From positions 224,001 through 288,000 of the forward strand of contig CAVSNY010000007.1 of NCBI GenBank assembly GCA_963729605.1: a DNA stretch of 64,000 nucleotides, written 5' to 3'. Positions 55,914 through 64,000 of this stretch are shown here, one piece after another. The stretch's first letter is position 1. Each line of letters starts with the position of its first letter. This DNA is from an uncultured Gammaproteobacteria bacterium. Lineage in GTDB: Bacteria; Pseudomonadota; Gammaproteobacteria; DRLM01. Position numbers and translations under genes: made by a program. Under the pieces are notes generated by a model. It did not search any database. It was not told the DNA's origin and saw only the letters and a program-made list of their open reading frames with translations.

Positions 55914-56536
55914 GCCGCCTCCTTGCGGATGTCCCCGCCCGCCGTGGAACGCACCGCATGGCGCGTTTGCTCGTTGATGTCGATCCAGCAGGCGACGGAG
56001 AGCACATTGCCTATCCAGACGGGTGTGCCGAGCCCGAAGCGGCGCATGCTGATGCCGATGCGGCGCAATAATTTTTCAAGCGCGACGCTGGTGACGATGA
56101 CGTAGCGTTGGATGCCGTTGCGATCGGCGAAGTCCACCGCCTCCTGCATCATGCGAAACGTGAACGGATGAAAGGTGGCCTGTCGTTGTTCCGTGCTGCC
56201 CGCGGGGATCACCGCGAAACGGCTGAGCTCCCAGACCGTCGCGTCCTGCGGCGCGGCCTCGCCCTGTAACATTTGCGAAAAGACCTCGCGCAGCATATAG
56301 CGGCCGGTGGTTGGCAGCAGGCGGGCGCAGCTTTGGATTTCATTGAGGTGATTATGGGAAAACAAATAGATCGAATCGACATCGTCGTACTGGTCTTTCT
56401 CCAGCCCGTTGCTGATGTTGACATCCCACTTCAGGCGTTCGTAAAACATCTCGGTACGAAAGCGATACAGATTTTCCAATACATCGGTGTGGAGTGTGGC
56501 CCCGCTTGACCGCCCCACCTGTATCCGATTGTCCAT
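55910..56536 (-). CDS. Acyl-homoserine-lactone synthase (LuxI family)
   Basis: RFR..MF..RLKW, EKDQYD, CARLLPTTG.YML.EVF, WELSRF. Confidence 0.95.
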   Translation of the reverse strand: MDNRIQVGRSSGATLHTDVLENLYRFRTEMFYERLKWDVNISNGLEKDQYDDVDSIYLFSHNHLNEIQSCARLLPTTGRYMLREVFSQMLQGEAAPQDATVWELSRFAVIPAGSTEQRQATFHPFTFRMMQEAVDFADRNGIQRYVIVTSVALEKLLRRIGISMRRFGLGTPVWIGNVLSVACWIDINEQTRHAVRSTAGGDIRKEAA

Positions 56537-56598
56537 TTTTCCTCCCGAAAATTTGTTTTCGTTCGGACGCAAGTAGACACCGCGGCGCTGATCCGCAT

Positions 56599-56618
56599 AA
56601 CTGTCAAATCTGACAGGG
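56599..56618. promoter_or_regulatory. lux-box-like operator upstream of luxI
   Basis: aaCTGTCA-AATC-TGACAGgg palindrome (CT-N12-AG), about 65-80 bp upstream of the luxI start. Confidence 0.85.
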
Positions 56619-56638
56619 AACGGGACGGGACGGCGGGT

Positions 56639-57394
56639 TTAGGCGGGTTGGGGGGTGATGATGCCGAGCGAGATGCCGCGCGCGACCGCCTGTTGGCGAT
56701 TGATGACGCCGAGTTTTTCGGCGGCGTTGTTCAAATGAAAAACCACGGTGCGTTCGGAGATGCGCAGGATTTGGGAAATTTCCCAGGCGGTTTTTCCCTC
56801 GGCGCTCCACAACAGGCATTCTTTCTCGCGGGCGCTGAGCTGGATGTGTTGCGCCGTGATGTCCGGGCCGTCGAGGATGGCGCGGATGGCCTCGTGGATG
56901 TGGGCGAGCAGCGAGGGGGCGAACGGCACGGCGTTGAAAATGGATTGCTGCGTGTCGCGGGTGTCCTGGCCGGAGGCGAGGCTGAAGACGATCTTCTCGC
57001 CGTGACTGCCGTGCAGCGGGAAACTCACGCCGCGGCGCAGGCCGAGATCGCGCGCCTCGTTCATGAAGGCTTGCGCTACGGCATCGGCGTCGACCAGGCG
57101 CTGGCCGGTGTCCCAGCTCAGCGGTGTGATGTGCCGCACGCAGTGTTGCACGATGGGATCGCTGCGTTCGTATTGACGACCCCGATACCACGGGCCCCAG
57201 TCGTCGGGGTAACCGCTGACGATGACGGTGGTGGGTTTGACGAAGGAAGTGGGAAAACGCGCGCCGAACAGAAAGAAATCGAAACCCAATTCCTGGGTGA
57301 ATCGCGCGCACACGGCGTGGATGTCCTCGATCGTTTTCGCCTTGCCGAGGGCATCGACTAGCTCATGATAGAGCGCGGGCGTTATCATCATCAC
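56639..57394 (-). CDS. AHL-binding LuxR-family regulator
   Basis: YPDDW...Y....Y...DP autoinducer domain, EARDLGL..G, LSAREKECLLWSAEGKTAWEIS HTH. Confidence 0.95.
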   Translation of the reverse strand: MMMITPALYHELVDALGKAKTIEDIHAVCARFTQELGFDFFLFGARFPTSFVKPTTVIVSGYPDDWGPWYRGRQYERSDPIVQHCVRHITPLSWDTGQRLVDADAVAQAFMNEARDLGLRRGVSFPLHGSHGEKIVFSLASGQDTRDTQQSIFNAVPFAPSLLAHIHEAIRAILDGPDITAQHIQLSAREKECLLWSAEGKTAWEISQILRISERTVVFHLNNAAEKLGVINRQQAVARGISLGIITPQPA

Positions 57395-57860
57395 CGCCTA
57401 TGCTGGAGTGGTACCGCCTTGTCGCCGACGGCGAGCGAGGGAAATGCGGGTGAGCGCGCGGGCCCCAATCCTGAGCGGCTGAAATCATACCCCCTTCCCA
57501 TGCTGATAATTAGCATATTTGCCATTGCGAGGTCTAGGCTGGCGAGGGATATCATCTCGCCCGATAATGGTGCGCGGCCATTTGATTCATCCTATAACAA
57601 GCAATTCGACGCGGTGACCGAATGTGCTGGACCAATGATACGCAACGGCCGTTACTTTCCCGGGCGGCTTTATCAATATGATTCCTAATATTTTAGTAAT
57701 GCGGCGTTTTTGCCGCTGGTAAACTCGCCGCCGGGAATGTTTGGATCGGTGGACAAGCTCCTGTAATATCGCGGCTTTCCGCTTGGTCAGCTTAATCGCC
57801 GGGAATGCGGGTCGCCGGTGGGCGGATCGGAATCAAAGTGACGTACGGGACGCAGTTCGA

Positions 57861-58925
57861 ATGAATAAAATATATCGCCGGCAATGGCGACCGTCGGTGG
57901 TACGCCACGGCTTGGGCTTGATCGTGATATTGATCTTTTCGTCCCCGGGCATGGCCGCCGTTGCCGCGGCGCCAAAAGATCATGTCCACCAACAAAACGC
58001 CTGCGGACGCTGCCATACCAACGACGTCACCGCGGCGATGGTATTGAATGCGCCGGAGCAGAGTTGTCTGCGTTGTCACACGCAAGCCGCCCCGCGTAAC
58101 GGCATGCTCAAGGCCAGCGCCGTCGCCTCCGCCGAGCCGGAGTTGTCGCAACTCTTGCCGAAGCAACCCATCGCCGCGAGCGACGGCATGCGCTTTCCGC
58201 ACTATGACGCGCAATCGCGGCTGGGCGGGGAACCCAATCCCATGGCGGCGGTTCCCGCCGGCCGTTTCATCCGCGGCACCAATGAACGCCTGCCCGATGA
58301 AGGTCCGCAACACGCCATGCATGTGGCGGCCTTCAAGATCGATATATACGAAGTGACCAACCGGCAATACAAGGCGTTCATCGACGCCACCGGCCGCCGC
58401 TCGCCGGATCACTTCCGCAATCGCACCTTTCCCGCCGGCAAGGCCGACCATCCGGTGACCTTCGTCACTTGGAACGACGCGGCGGACTATTGCGCGTGGG
58501 CGGGCAAACGCCTGCCCAGCGACGTGGAATGGGAGAAGGCGGCGCGCGGCACCGACGGCCGTTCCTTTCCGTGGGGCAATGAATTCGATGTGCGCAAGGC
58601 CAACACCCCGGTGCGCTGGCTGGCGTTGAAACAAACGGGCGACACCACGCCGGTGGGGGCCTTTCAGGCCGGCGTCAGCCCCTATGGAATGTATGACATG
58701 ACCGGCAACGTGTGGGAGTGGACCGCGTCGTGGTATCAGCCTTATCCGGGCAACCAGACTGCGTCCGAGGCCTACGGCGAACGGTATAAAACCTTGAAGG
58801 GGGGTTCTTGGTTCGATTGTTCTTTTTATAAATGCGGTTTGTCGGCGCCGGTCTACAACCGGGCCTTCTTCGCCCGCAAAACCAAAAACGATACGATCGG
58901 CTTCCGTTGCGCGAAAGATCATTGA
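57861..58925 (+). CDS. Exported FGE/SUMF1-fold protein with two N-terminal c-type heme motifs
   Basis: Signal-like segment, CGRCH and CLRCH; EVTN..Y..F, HPVT.V.W.DA, RLPS..EWEKAARG, GNVWEW, GFRCA. Confidence 0.85.
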   Translation: MNKIYRRQWRPSVVRHGLGLIVILIFSSPGMAAVAAAPKDHVHQQNACGRCHTNDVTAAMVLNAPEQSCLRCHTQAAPRNGMLKASAVASAEPELSQLLPKQPIAASDGMRFPHYDAQSRLGGEPNPMAAVPAGRFIRGTNERLPDEGPQHAMHVAAFKIDIYEVTNRQYKAFIDATGRRSPDHFRNRTFPAGKADHPVTFVTWNDAADYCAWAGKRLPSDVEWEKAARGTDGRSFPWGNEFDVRKANTPVRWLALKQTGDTTPVGAFQAGVSPYGMYDMTGNVWEWTASWYQPYPGNQTASEAYGERYKTLKGGSWFDCSFYKCGLSAPVYNRAFFARKTKNDTIGFRCAKDH

Positions 58926-59137
58926 GCCTCGCGGATGCAATCACGGGATCACGGAGGGCACGGGGAGTCGATGTTTGCGCGCCCGTCGGGCGACTTCGAT
59001 CAAGGCGCGAAGCGCCGATTTTTTTCGTGAGTCTCACGTCCCCGGTGATCAACCGTTTTTTACAGCTTGAACGCGACGACCGAATCGCAGCGGAATCCAC
59101 GGCGTATTTTAATAGCTCAGCACTCTAAGGATAAGGC

Positions 59138-60187
59138 ATGAATTGGAAGATGAAGTCTCCGCTGGTGTTATTGATGTTGGCGATGAGCGCGACGGGATGC
59201 AGCCAGCGCAGCGAGGAGATTACCGACCCCGAGGCCGTGACGCTCACGCCGGCCGCCGTTAAACCCGCGCCTGTCAGCGTGGCGGTGGCCAAGGCCGTGG
59301 CCGCCTCGCCGGGCAATCACAGCGACATGCCGATGGTGACCGTGCCGGCGGGGGAATTCATCCGCGGCAGCCGGAAAACCGATGACGAGGGCATCCAGGA
59401 ACAATACGGCATGGCGGCGCCGATTTATCTCGACGAGCACCCGCAACACAAACTGTTTTTGCCCGCCTTCAAAATCGACGTTTACGAAGTGAGCAATAAA
59501 CAGTTCAAGGAATTCATCATCACCACCGATCGCGCCCTGCCCTACGAATGGGGACAGAACGGTTATGGCCTGACCATGAAGGAAGCCAGCACCATGGATA
59601 TTGAACGCCTGCGCGAGATCGGCGCCGACGATTTCAAGCTGGACATGGATACCACCACGATGTCGCGCGAAGAGCTGATGGCGGTGATGGAGAAGGAACA
59701 ACTCAAACGCGATCCGTTTCCGGTGACGGGCATCTCATGGCATTACGCCGACGTCTATTGCCGCTGGCGCGGCAAGCGCCTGCCGAGCGAGGCCGAGTGG
59801 GAAAAGGCCGCGCGCGGCCCCGACGGTTTCGAGTTCCCCTGGGGCAACGACTGGAACGCGGCGATCGCCAACACCGGCGATCAGGATGACAGCGAATGGG
59901 AAGAGGGCATCGCGCCGGTGGGTTCCTATCCGAACAACAAGTCGTATTACGGCGTGTATGACCTGGCCGGCAACGTCTGGGAATGGACCGCCGACTGGTA
60001 TCAGCCTTACCCGAAATCCACCTACCGCAGCGACAACTTCGGCGAGAAGGTCAAGGTGATCCGCGGCGGCGGAGGCGGCATCGGCCATTACGCGCTGAGT
60101 TATTTTTTCCGCGGCGCCACCCGCCAATTCGCCGAGCCGGACATGGCCGGCGAGGACGTGGGTTTCCGCTGCGCGGCGGACGTTTGA
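59138..60187 (+). CDS. FGE/SUMF1-fold lipoprotein
   Basis: ATGC lipobox; RLPSEAEWEKAARG, DLAGNVWEW, GFRCA. Confidence 0.88.
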   Translation: MNWKMKSPLVLLMLAMSATGCSQRSEEITDPEAVTLTPAAVKPAPVSVAVAKAVAASPGNHSDMPMVTVPAGEFIRGSRKTDDEGIQEQYGMAAPIYLDEHPQHKLFLPAFKIDVYEVSNKQFKEFIITTDRALPYEWGQNGYGLTMKEASTMDIERLREIGADDFKLDMDTTTMSREELMAVMEKEQLKRDPFPVTGISWHYADVYCRWRGKRLPSEAEWEKAARGPDGFEFPWGNDWNAAIANTGDQDDSEWEEGIAPVGSYPNNKSYYGVYDLAGNVWEWTADWYQPYPKSTYRSDNFGEKVKVIRGGGGGIGHYALSYFFRGATRQFAEPDMAGEDVGFRCAADV

Positions 60188-60204
60188 ATATTCGCGGTGA
60201 TTAA

Positions 60205-60243
60205 CCCCTCTCCCCCTGCGGGAGAGGGGAAGGGGAGAGGGGG
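60205..60243. repeat. Solo REP-like palindrome of the same family as the first array repeat
   Basis: Reverse complement CCCTCTCCCCTTCCCCTCTCCCGCAGGGGGAGAGGGG compared with 23824-23859 CCCTCACCCCTGCCCTCTCCCGCTCGCGGGAGAGGG. Confidence 0.75.
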
Positions 60244-60344
60244 CGCTGCGCTGCGCGCTCCTCGTCGGGAGAGAGGCAATGCCGAAAAGGACGTGTATTC
60301 CGATCAGACCTGTTTTGATGCCGGGTTAATACTTTCCGCCGACG

Positions 60345-61049
60345 ATGAATTTTTCCGAACCCTTGATCCCCGCCGTCTTGCTGCGCCGCTATAAGCGTTT
60401 TCTCGCCGACGTGCGTCTGGCCGACGGCAGCGTATTGACCGTGCACACCGCCAACACCGGCGCCATGCTGGGCTGCGCCGAACCGGGCAGCCGGGTGTGG
60501 CTGAGCCGCGCCGTCAATCTCAAACGCAAATATGCCTATTCATGGGAGATCAGCGAAACGGCGGCGGGGACGCGGGTGGGCGTCAATACCGCCTTGCCCA
60601 ATTTATTAGTGCGTGAAGCGATCGAGAACGGGGTGATCGAAGAACTGCGATCTTATCGCACCGTTCGCGGCGAGGTGGTCTGCGGCGCGGAGCGCAGCCG
60701 GATCGATTTGCTGCTGGAAGAAACCGGACGGGCGCCCTGTTACGTGGAAGTGAAAAACGTCACCGCCGCGGTGGCGGACATGGCGATTTTTCCCGACGCG
60801 GTGAGCGCGCGGGGCGCGAAACACGTGCGCGAGCTGGCCCACTTGGTGGCGCAGGGCGCGCGCGGGGTGTTGTGTTTCTGCGTGCAGCGCGGCGATGTGA
60901 CGGCGGTGCGGCCCGCCGACGAGATCGATCCGCTGTACGGCGCCACGCTGCGCGCCGCCGTGGCGCGCGGGGTGGAGGTGATCGCCTACCGGGCGCAGGT
61001 CACGCCGGAATTCATCGAATTGCGCACGCCGTTGCCGGTGGTGTTGTGA
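60345..61049 (+). CDS. sfsA: SfsA DNA/RNA nuclease (sugar fermentation stimulation protein)
   Basis: RRYKRFLADV, NTGAMLG, SRIDLLL, YVEVKNVT, FPDAVS.RG.KH. Confidence 0.95.
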   Translation: MNFSEPLIPAVLLRRYKRFLADVRLADGSVLTVHTANTGAMLGCAEPGSRVWLSRAVNLKRKYAYSWEISETAAGTRVGVNTALPNLLVREAIENGVIEELRSYRTVRGEVVCGAERSRIDLLLEETGRAPCYVEVKNVTAAVADMAIFPDAVSARGAKHVRELAHLVAQGARGVLCFCVQRGDVTAVRPADEIDPLYGATLRAAVARGVEVIAYRAQVTPEFIELRTPLPVVL

Positions 61050-61065
61050 AGCGGCGGGCCGCCGC

Positions 61066-61440
61066 TCAATAGCTGCGGTACGCCGCGTGGCCGGACGACA
61101 CCAATAAATCATTGATGTTCTCCCATTCGCCGGCCTCGTTGGGCAGCCAGATCTCCGCCAGATAACGGCCGTATTTTTCGCGGCGGTCTTTGACCGTTTC
61201 GATGATGACGGCCTTGCCTTCGATCTTTTCGCGGAGAAAGGCCAGCGAGGCCAGGCCCCGTTCCCGGCTGGGACCGCGCAGTTCGGGGCTGTCGATCCGA
61301 TTGAATCTCACCTTCTCCTCGTGCCGCCAGGTGGACAGACCGAGGTCGATGTCCATGGTGCAGGTGTCGCCGTCGTAGATCGAGCGCACGATGGCGGAAT
61401 AATAATAACGCTTGTCTTCCATGCTTTGTTTAATGGACAT
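61066..61440 (-). CDS. Thermonuclease (SNase-like) family protein
   Basis: IYDGDT, DIDLG, R...IDSPEL, EKYGRYLA, NINDLLV..GHA. Confidence 0.85.
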   Translation of the reverse strand: MSIKQSMEDKRYYYSAIVRSIYDGDTCTMDIDLGLSTWRHEEKVRFNRIDSPELRGPSRERGLASLAFLREKIEGKAVIIETVKDRREKYGRYLAEIWLPNEAGEWENINDLLVSSGHAAYRSY

Positions 61441-61468
61441 CGACGTTCCTTTAATTGAGGCCGCTGCG

Positions 61469-62164
61469 TCAAAATTGCCGTTGAAAGTATAACTCGACGC
61501 CCTGTTCGAGATGATCGTGGAGCAGCGCGCCGACCTGACCGCCGCCCACGTTGAATTCCATACCGTAGCGGCCGCCGAGTTGCGGGCCGGCTTGGCGTTT
61601 CAATTTAAAATTCACCGGCCCTTCCGCCGTCTCTCTGCTGGAAAGGTGGCTATAGACGGCGCCCGCCAGCAGGCTGACTTGAGAACCGATGCGCCACTGC
61701 GCGTCGCCTTCCAGCTGCGCCTGTTCCCATTCGACCCGCAGCGCTTGCCCGCCTTCATCGTCATCGACCCGCTGATAGAGATAACTGCCAGTCAGGCTGA
61801 CGGCGAACCGCGGCGAATTCCAGAGCAGGCCGCGCAGGCTGGGGGCGGCGTAAAAGCCTTGAGGTTCCATGCCGATCAACGCGGGCAGGGCGGGCTCGGC
61901 GAGGCGGGCGTAGCCGAGGCGCAAGCCGGGTTGCAGTCGGCTGTCGCTGTTTTCGAAAAACCGGACCCCGGCGCGTTGTACCGTCACGCTGCCGGTGGCC
62001 TGCCGGTCGTGTAATTCCGTGTCGAAGCGCTGGAGCTGGGCGGCGAACTGAAACGGGATGGGATAGACGTCGGCACTTGCCGCCGGCAGGCAGAGGAATC
62101 CCAAGCCGGCCGCCATGGATTTTACGGCGCGGCCGCGGTGTTTTGCCTGGGTGGATGCCGCCAT
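61469..62164 (-). CDS. Hypothetical exported protein, possibly an outer-membrane beta-barrel
   Basis: Signal peptide, amphipathic strands, C-terminal YFQRQF. Confidence 0.55.
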   Translation of the reverse strand: MAASTQAKHRGRAVKSMAAGLGFLCLPAASADVYPIPFQFAAQLQRFDTELHDRQATGSVTVQRAGVRFFENSDSRLQPGLRLGYARLAEPALPALIGMEPQGFYAAPSLRGLLWNSPRFAVSLTGSYLYQRVDDDEGGQALRVEWEQAQLEGDAQWRIGSQVSLLAGAVYSHLSSRETAEGPVNFKLKRQAGPQLGGRYGMEFNVGGGQVGALLHDHLEQGVELYFQRQF

Positions 62165-62418
62165 GGGGTCTTTCAGTAGGAACGGTCGATCACCGCGCCG
62201 GGCATTTTAACCCGATCGGGTCCGCTCGACATGGCCGCCGTTTTATCCAGCGCGCTGAAATCCCGCGCCGGATTTGACCCCTTTGGATCAAGCTCTTGTT
62301 TTATATTGGGCGATACCGACGGGTAGCGGCCACACTATTAAAGGAAAAGGCGGCCGGGGCCGACAATCTGCAAGAACGACACGGAGCGCGGGTCAGATCG
62401 GTCGCGGGAACACGCCTA

Positions 62419-64000
62419 ATGAAAGATGCTCACAAGTCCGGTTTTTTCAAGTCCTTGTTTGGTGGGGGGCGCCGCGTCGCGCCGGCGCGGGCGGATTTGC
62501 CTTTATACATTCCGGTCGCGCCCAAGCCGGCCAAGGTGCCGCCCCTCGATTTCGGCGCGCTGGTCGACGAATTGCTGCGCCACGATTACGCCCCCGTCAG
62601 CTTGTTCACGGAAATGGTGCGGCTGTTGGAAAAGAGCAATCCCCAGCCCCTCGCCGGCGAACAGCGCGCGCATTGCACCCATATGCTGGTCGAGGAACTG
62701 AACCGGGGCCTCAGCGCCTTATTCAAACGTTTCGTCAATGAAGGCAGCGGCGTGCCCGAGAGCCGGGAACAACGGGAAGGGATGTCGCACGCGGTGCGGG
62801 CGGTCGAACAGCTCGCCATCAGTTACAAGCTGGCGTTCCGGCAGGAATACAGTATTTTGAGCGACGACCCGGTCCAGTACGAACGCCTGACGATCGTGGT
62901 GTTGCGGATCATGGAGCTAATCCGCCTCGAGCAATTGCTGCGGGCGTTCCGCTATCAAAAGTTACCGCAACATGCCTGGCGCGACAGCAACCAGCTGTTC
63001 TTCGCCGCCGCCGAATTCGGCGACGTGCGGGCCGCCCACTCTTTAAAGATCCGTATTTTCGAGAATGAAACCGCGCCGCAACGCGGTCTGTTTCCCGACA
63101 GCGCCACGCTGGAGCAAGTGTATTTGTCGATCCAGATCACCGGACTGTTGGACGTGATCAGCTGGCCTACCCACTTGATGTACATCGTCGATCGCTACTT
63201 GGCTGAGCTCGATCCGCGCTTAACCGCCGTGCCCGACGAAGAGGCGACGTTGCCGCCCGGCCATGTCGTCATTTATCAAAACCAGGGCGTGCCGCCCCGC
63301 TTCAGCCGCAGTCACGACCAACTGGGCGATACCCTGCTGGTGGACATGCGGCCGTTGGTAAGGCGGGCGGCGACCGACAGGGTGGCCTTGAATGCGCCGG
63401 AGGGCGCATCGGCGCTGAGCGGCCCACTCAGCGAGCTGGACCCCCACGACCGCATTCCCATACTCGATCTGCTTCTGCAAAAGGTCCGGCCGCAAAAACG
63501 CGGCGAAACGCGCCAAACGGTGTTCGAGGCGCGCGATGCCCGGGTTTACGGCGGATTCAACGACATCTACCGTTTTCTGCGCAGCGCGGTGCCCGGCAAT
63601 GGCGCGGAGGCGCAGGAGGAGCGGCGTTTTTGGGATAGCCTGGCCATGCACTCGAAGGTAGTCGCCGGCGACGGCGACGAGATCGAGCCGCGCTGGATAG
63701 TCGCCAATGAAAGCGAGGGCGGCGTGCAGTTGCGTATCCAGGAAAGCCAATACGCCATGCTGCTGCAAGTGGGGCGTCTGGTGGCCTACATCTATTCCGG
63801 CGAAGACGCGGCCGCGGCCAAGCTGGGTTACATCGTGCGTCTGCAGCGGGTGGGCGAGCGCGAAGTGGAAGTGGGCATCGCCCGCATCCGTCAAACCGCG
63901 ACGGCGGTGGTGGTGGAAGATCTCGACGCCGAAGATCAGCGCACCTTGCCGGCGGTGATGATCCGCGACACCAACGGCAAACTGCAATTGCTGTGCGACA
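62419..64000 (+). CDS. Large helical protein with a C-terminal PilZ-like region, FimW-like (partial; runs off the window end)
   Basis: Open frame from ATG 62419 (MKDAHKSGFFKSLFG...) to the window end, including AVEQLAISYK, YQKLPQHAWRD, WIVANESEGG.QL, LGYIVRL. It is absent from the ORF track because it has no stop. Confidence 0.65.
   Translation, partial: MKDAHKSGFFKSLFGGGRRVAPARADLPLYIPVAPKPAKVPPLDFGALVDELLRHDYAPVSLFTEMVRLLEKSNPQPLAGEQRAHCTHMLVEELNRGLSALFKRFVNEGSGVPESREQREGMSHAVRAVEQLAISYKLAFRQEYSILSDDPVQYERLTIVVLRIMELIRLEQLLRAFRYQKLPQHAWRDSNQLFFAAAEFGDVRAAHSLKIRIFENETAPQRGLFPDSATLEQVYLSIQITGLLDVISWPTHLMYIVDRYLAELDPRLTAVPDEEATLPPGHVVIYQNQGVPPRFSRSHDQLGDTLLVDMRPLVRRAATDRVALNAPEGASALSGPLSELDPHDRIPILDLLLQKVRPQKRGETRQTVFEARDARVYGGFNDIYRFLRSAVPGNGAEAQEERRFWDSLAMHSKVVAGDGDEIEPRWIVANESEGGVQLRIQESQYAMLLQVGRLVAYIYSGEDAAAAKLGYIVRLQRVGEREVEVGIARIRQTATAVVVEDLDAEDQRTLPAVMIRDTNGKLQLLCD

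Noticed and set aside
62274-63987. Track ORFs 62274..62741, 62426..62701 and 63220..63987, suggesting a fragmented locus
   Set aside because: A single uninterrupted plus-strand frame from 62419 to the window end explains the region.

Overview
GC-rich gammaproteobacterial chromosomal window. Taxonomy is inferred from gene order and content; it may be a Chromatiales-like or sulfur-oxidiser-like organism. Most of it is core genes: comM-ubiK, sigma54-controlled glnK-amtB, hemA-prfA-prmC, TPR-lolB-ispE-tRNA-Gln-prs-rplY-pth-ychF-tRNA-Met, sucA-sucB-lpdA, a complete SUF Fe-S operon and sfsA. It also carries many signalling genes: GGDEF/EAL, CBS-GGDEF, PilZ, HDOD, a TtrS/TtrR-like pair, and LuxR/LuxI with a lux box. 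The accessory zone lies downstream of tRNA-Met (about 19.4-28 kb). It holds a ~1 kb att-bounded mini-island with only a VapBC module, a deletion scar that appears to fuse the start of an HsdR to the end of an HsdM, and the most notable feature: an orphan CRISPR-like array at 23835-24347. The array has 9 divergent palindromic repeats, 8 unique 30-33 nt spacers and a period of about 60 bp. Its first repeat is the core of a dispersed REP-like palindrome, and one spacer is almost entirely a canonical type I-E CRISPR repeat. No cas genes are in the window. Also seen: an IS5-like MITE family with target duplications, two REP/REPIN families and a one-base frameshift in prfA. All protein assignments come from motif recognition by eye; no database searches were run.
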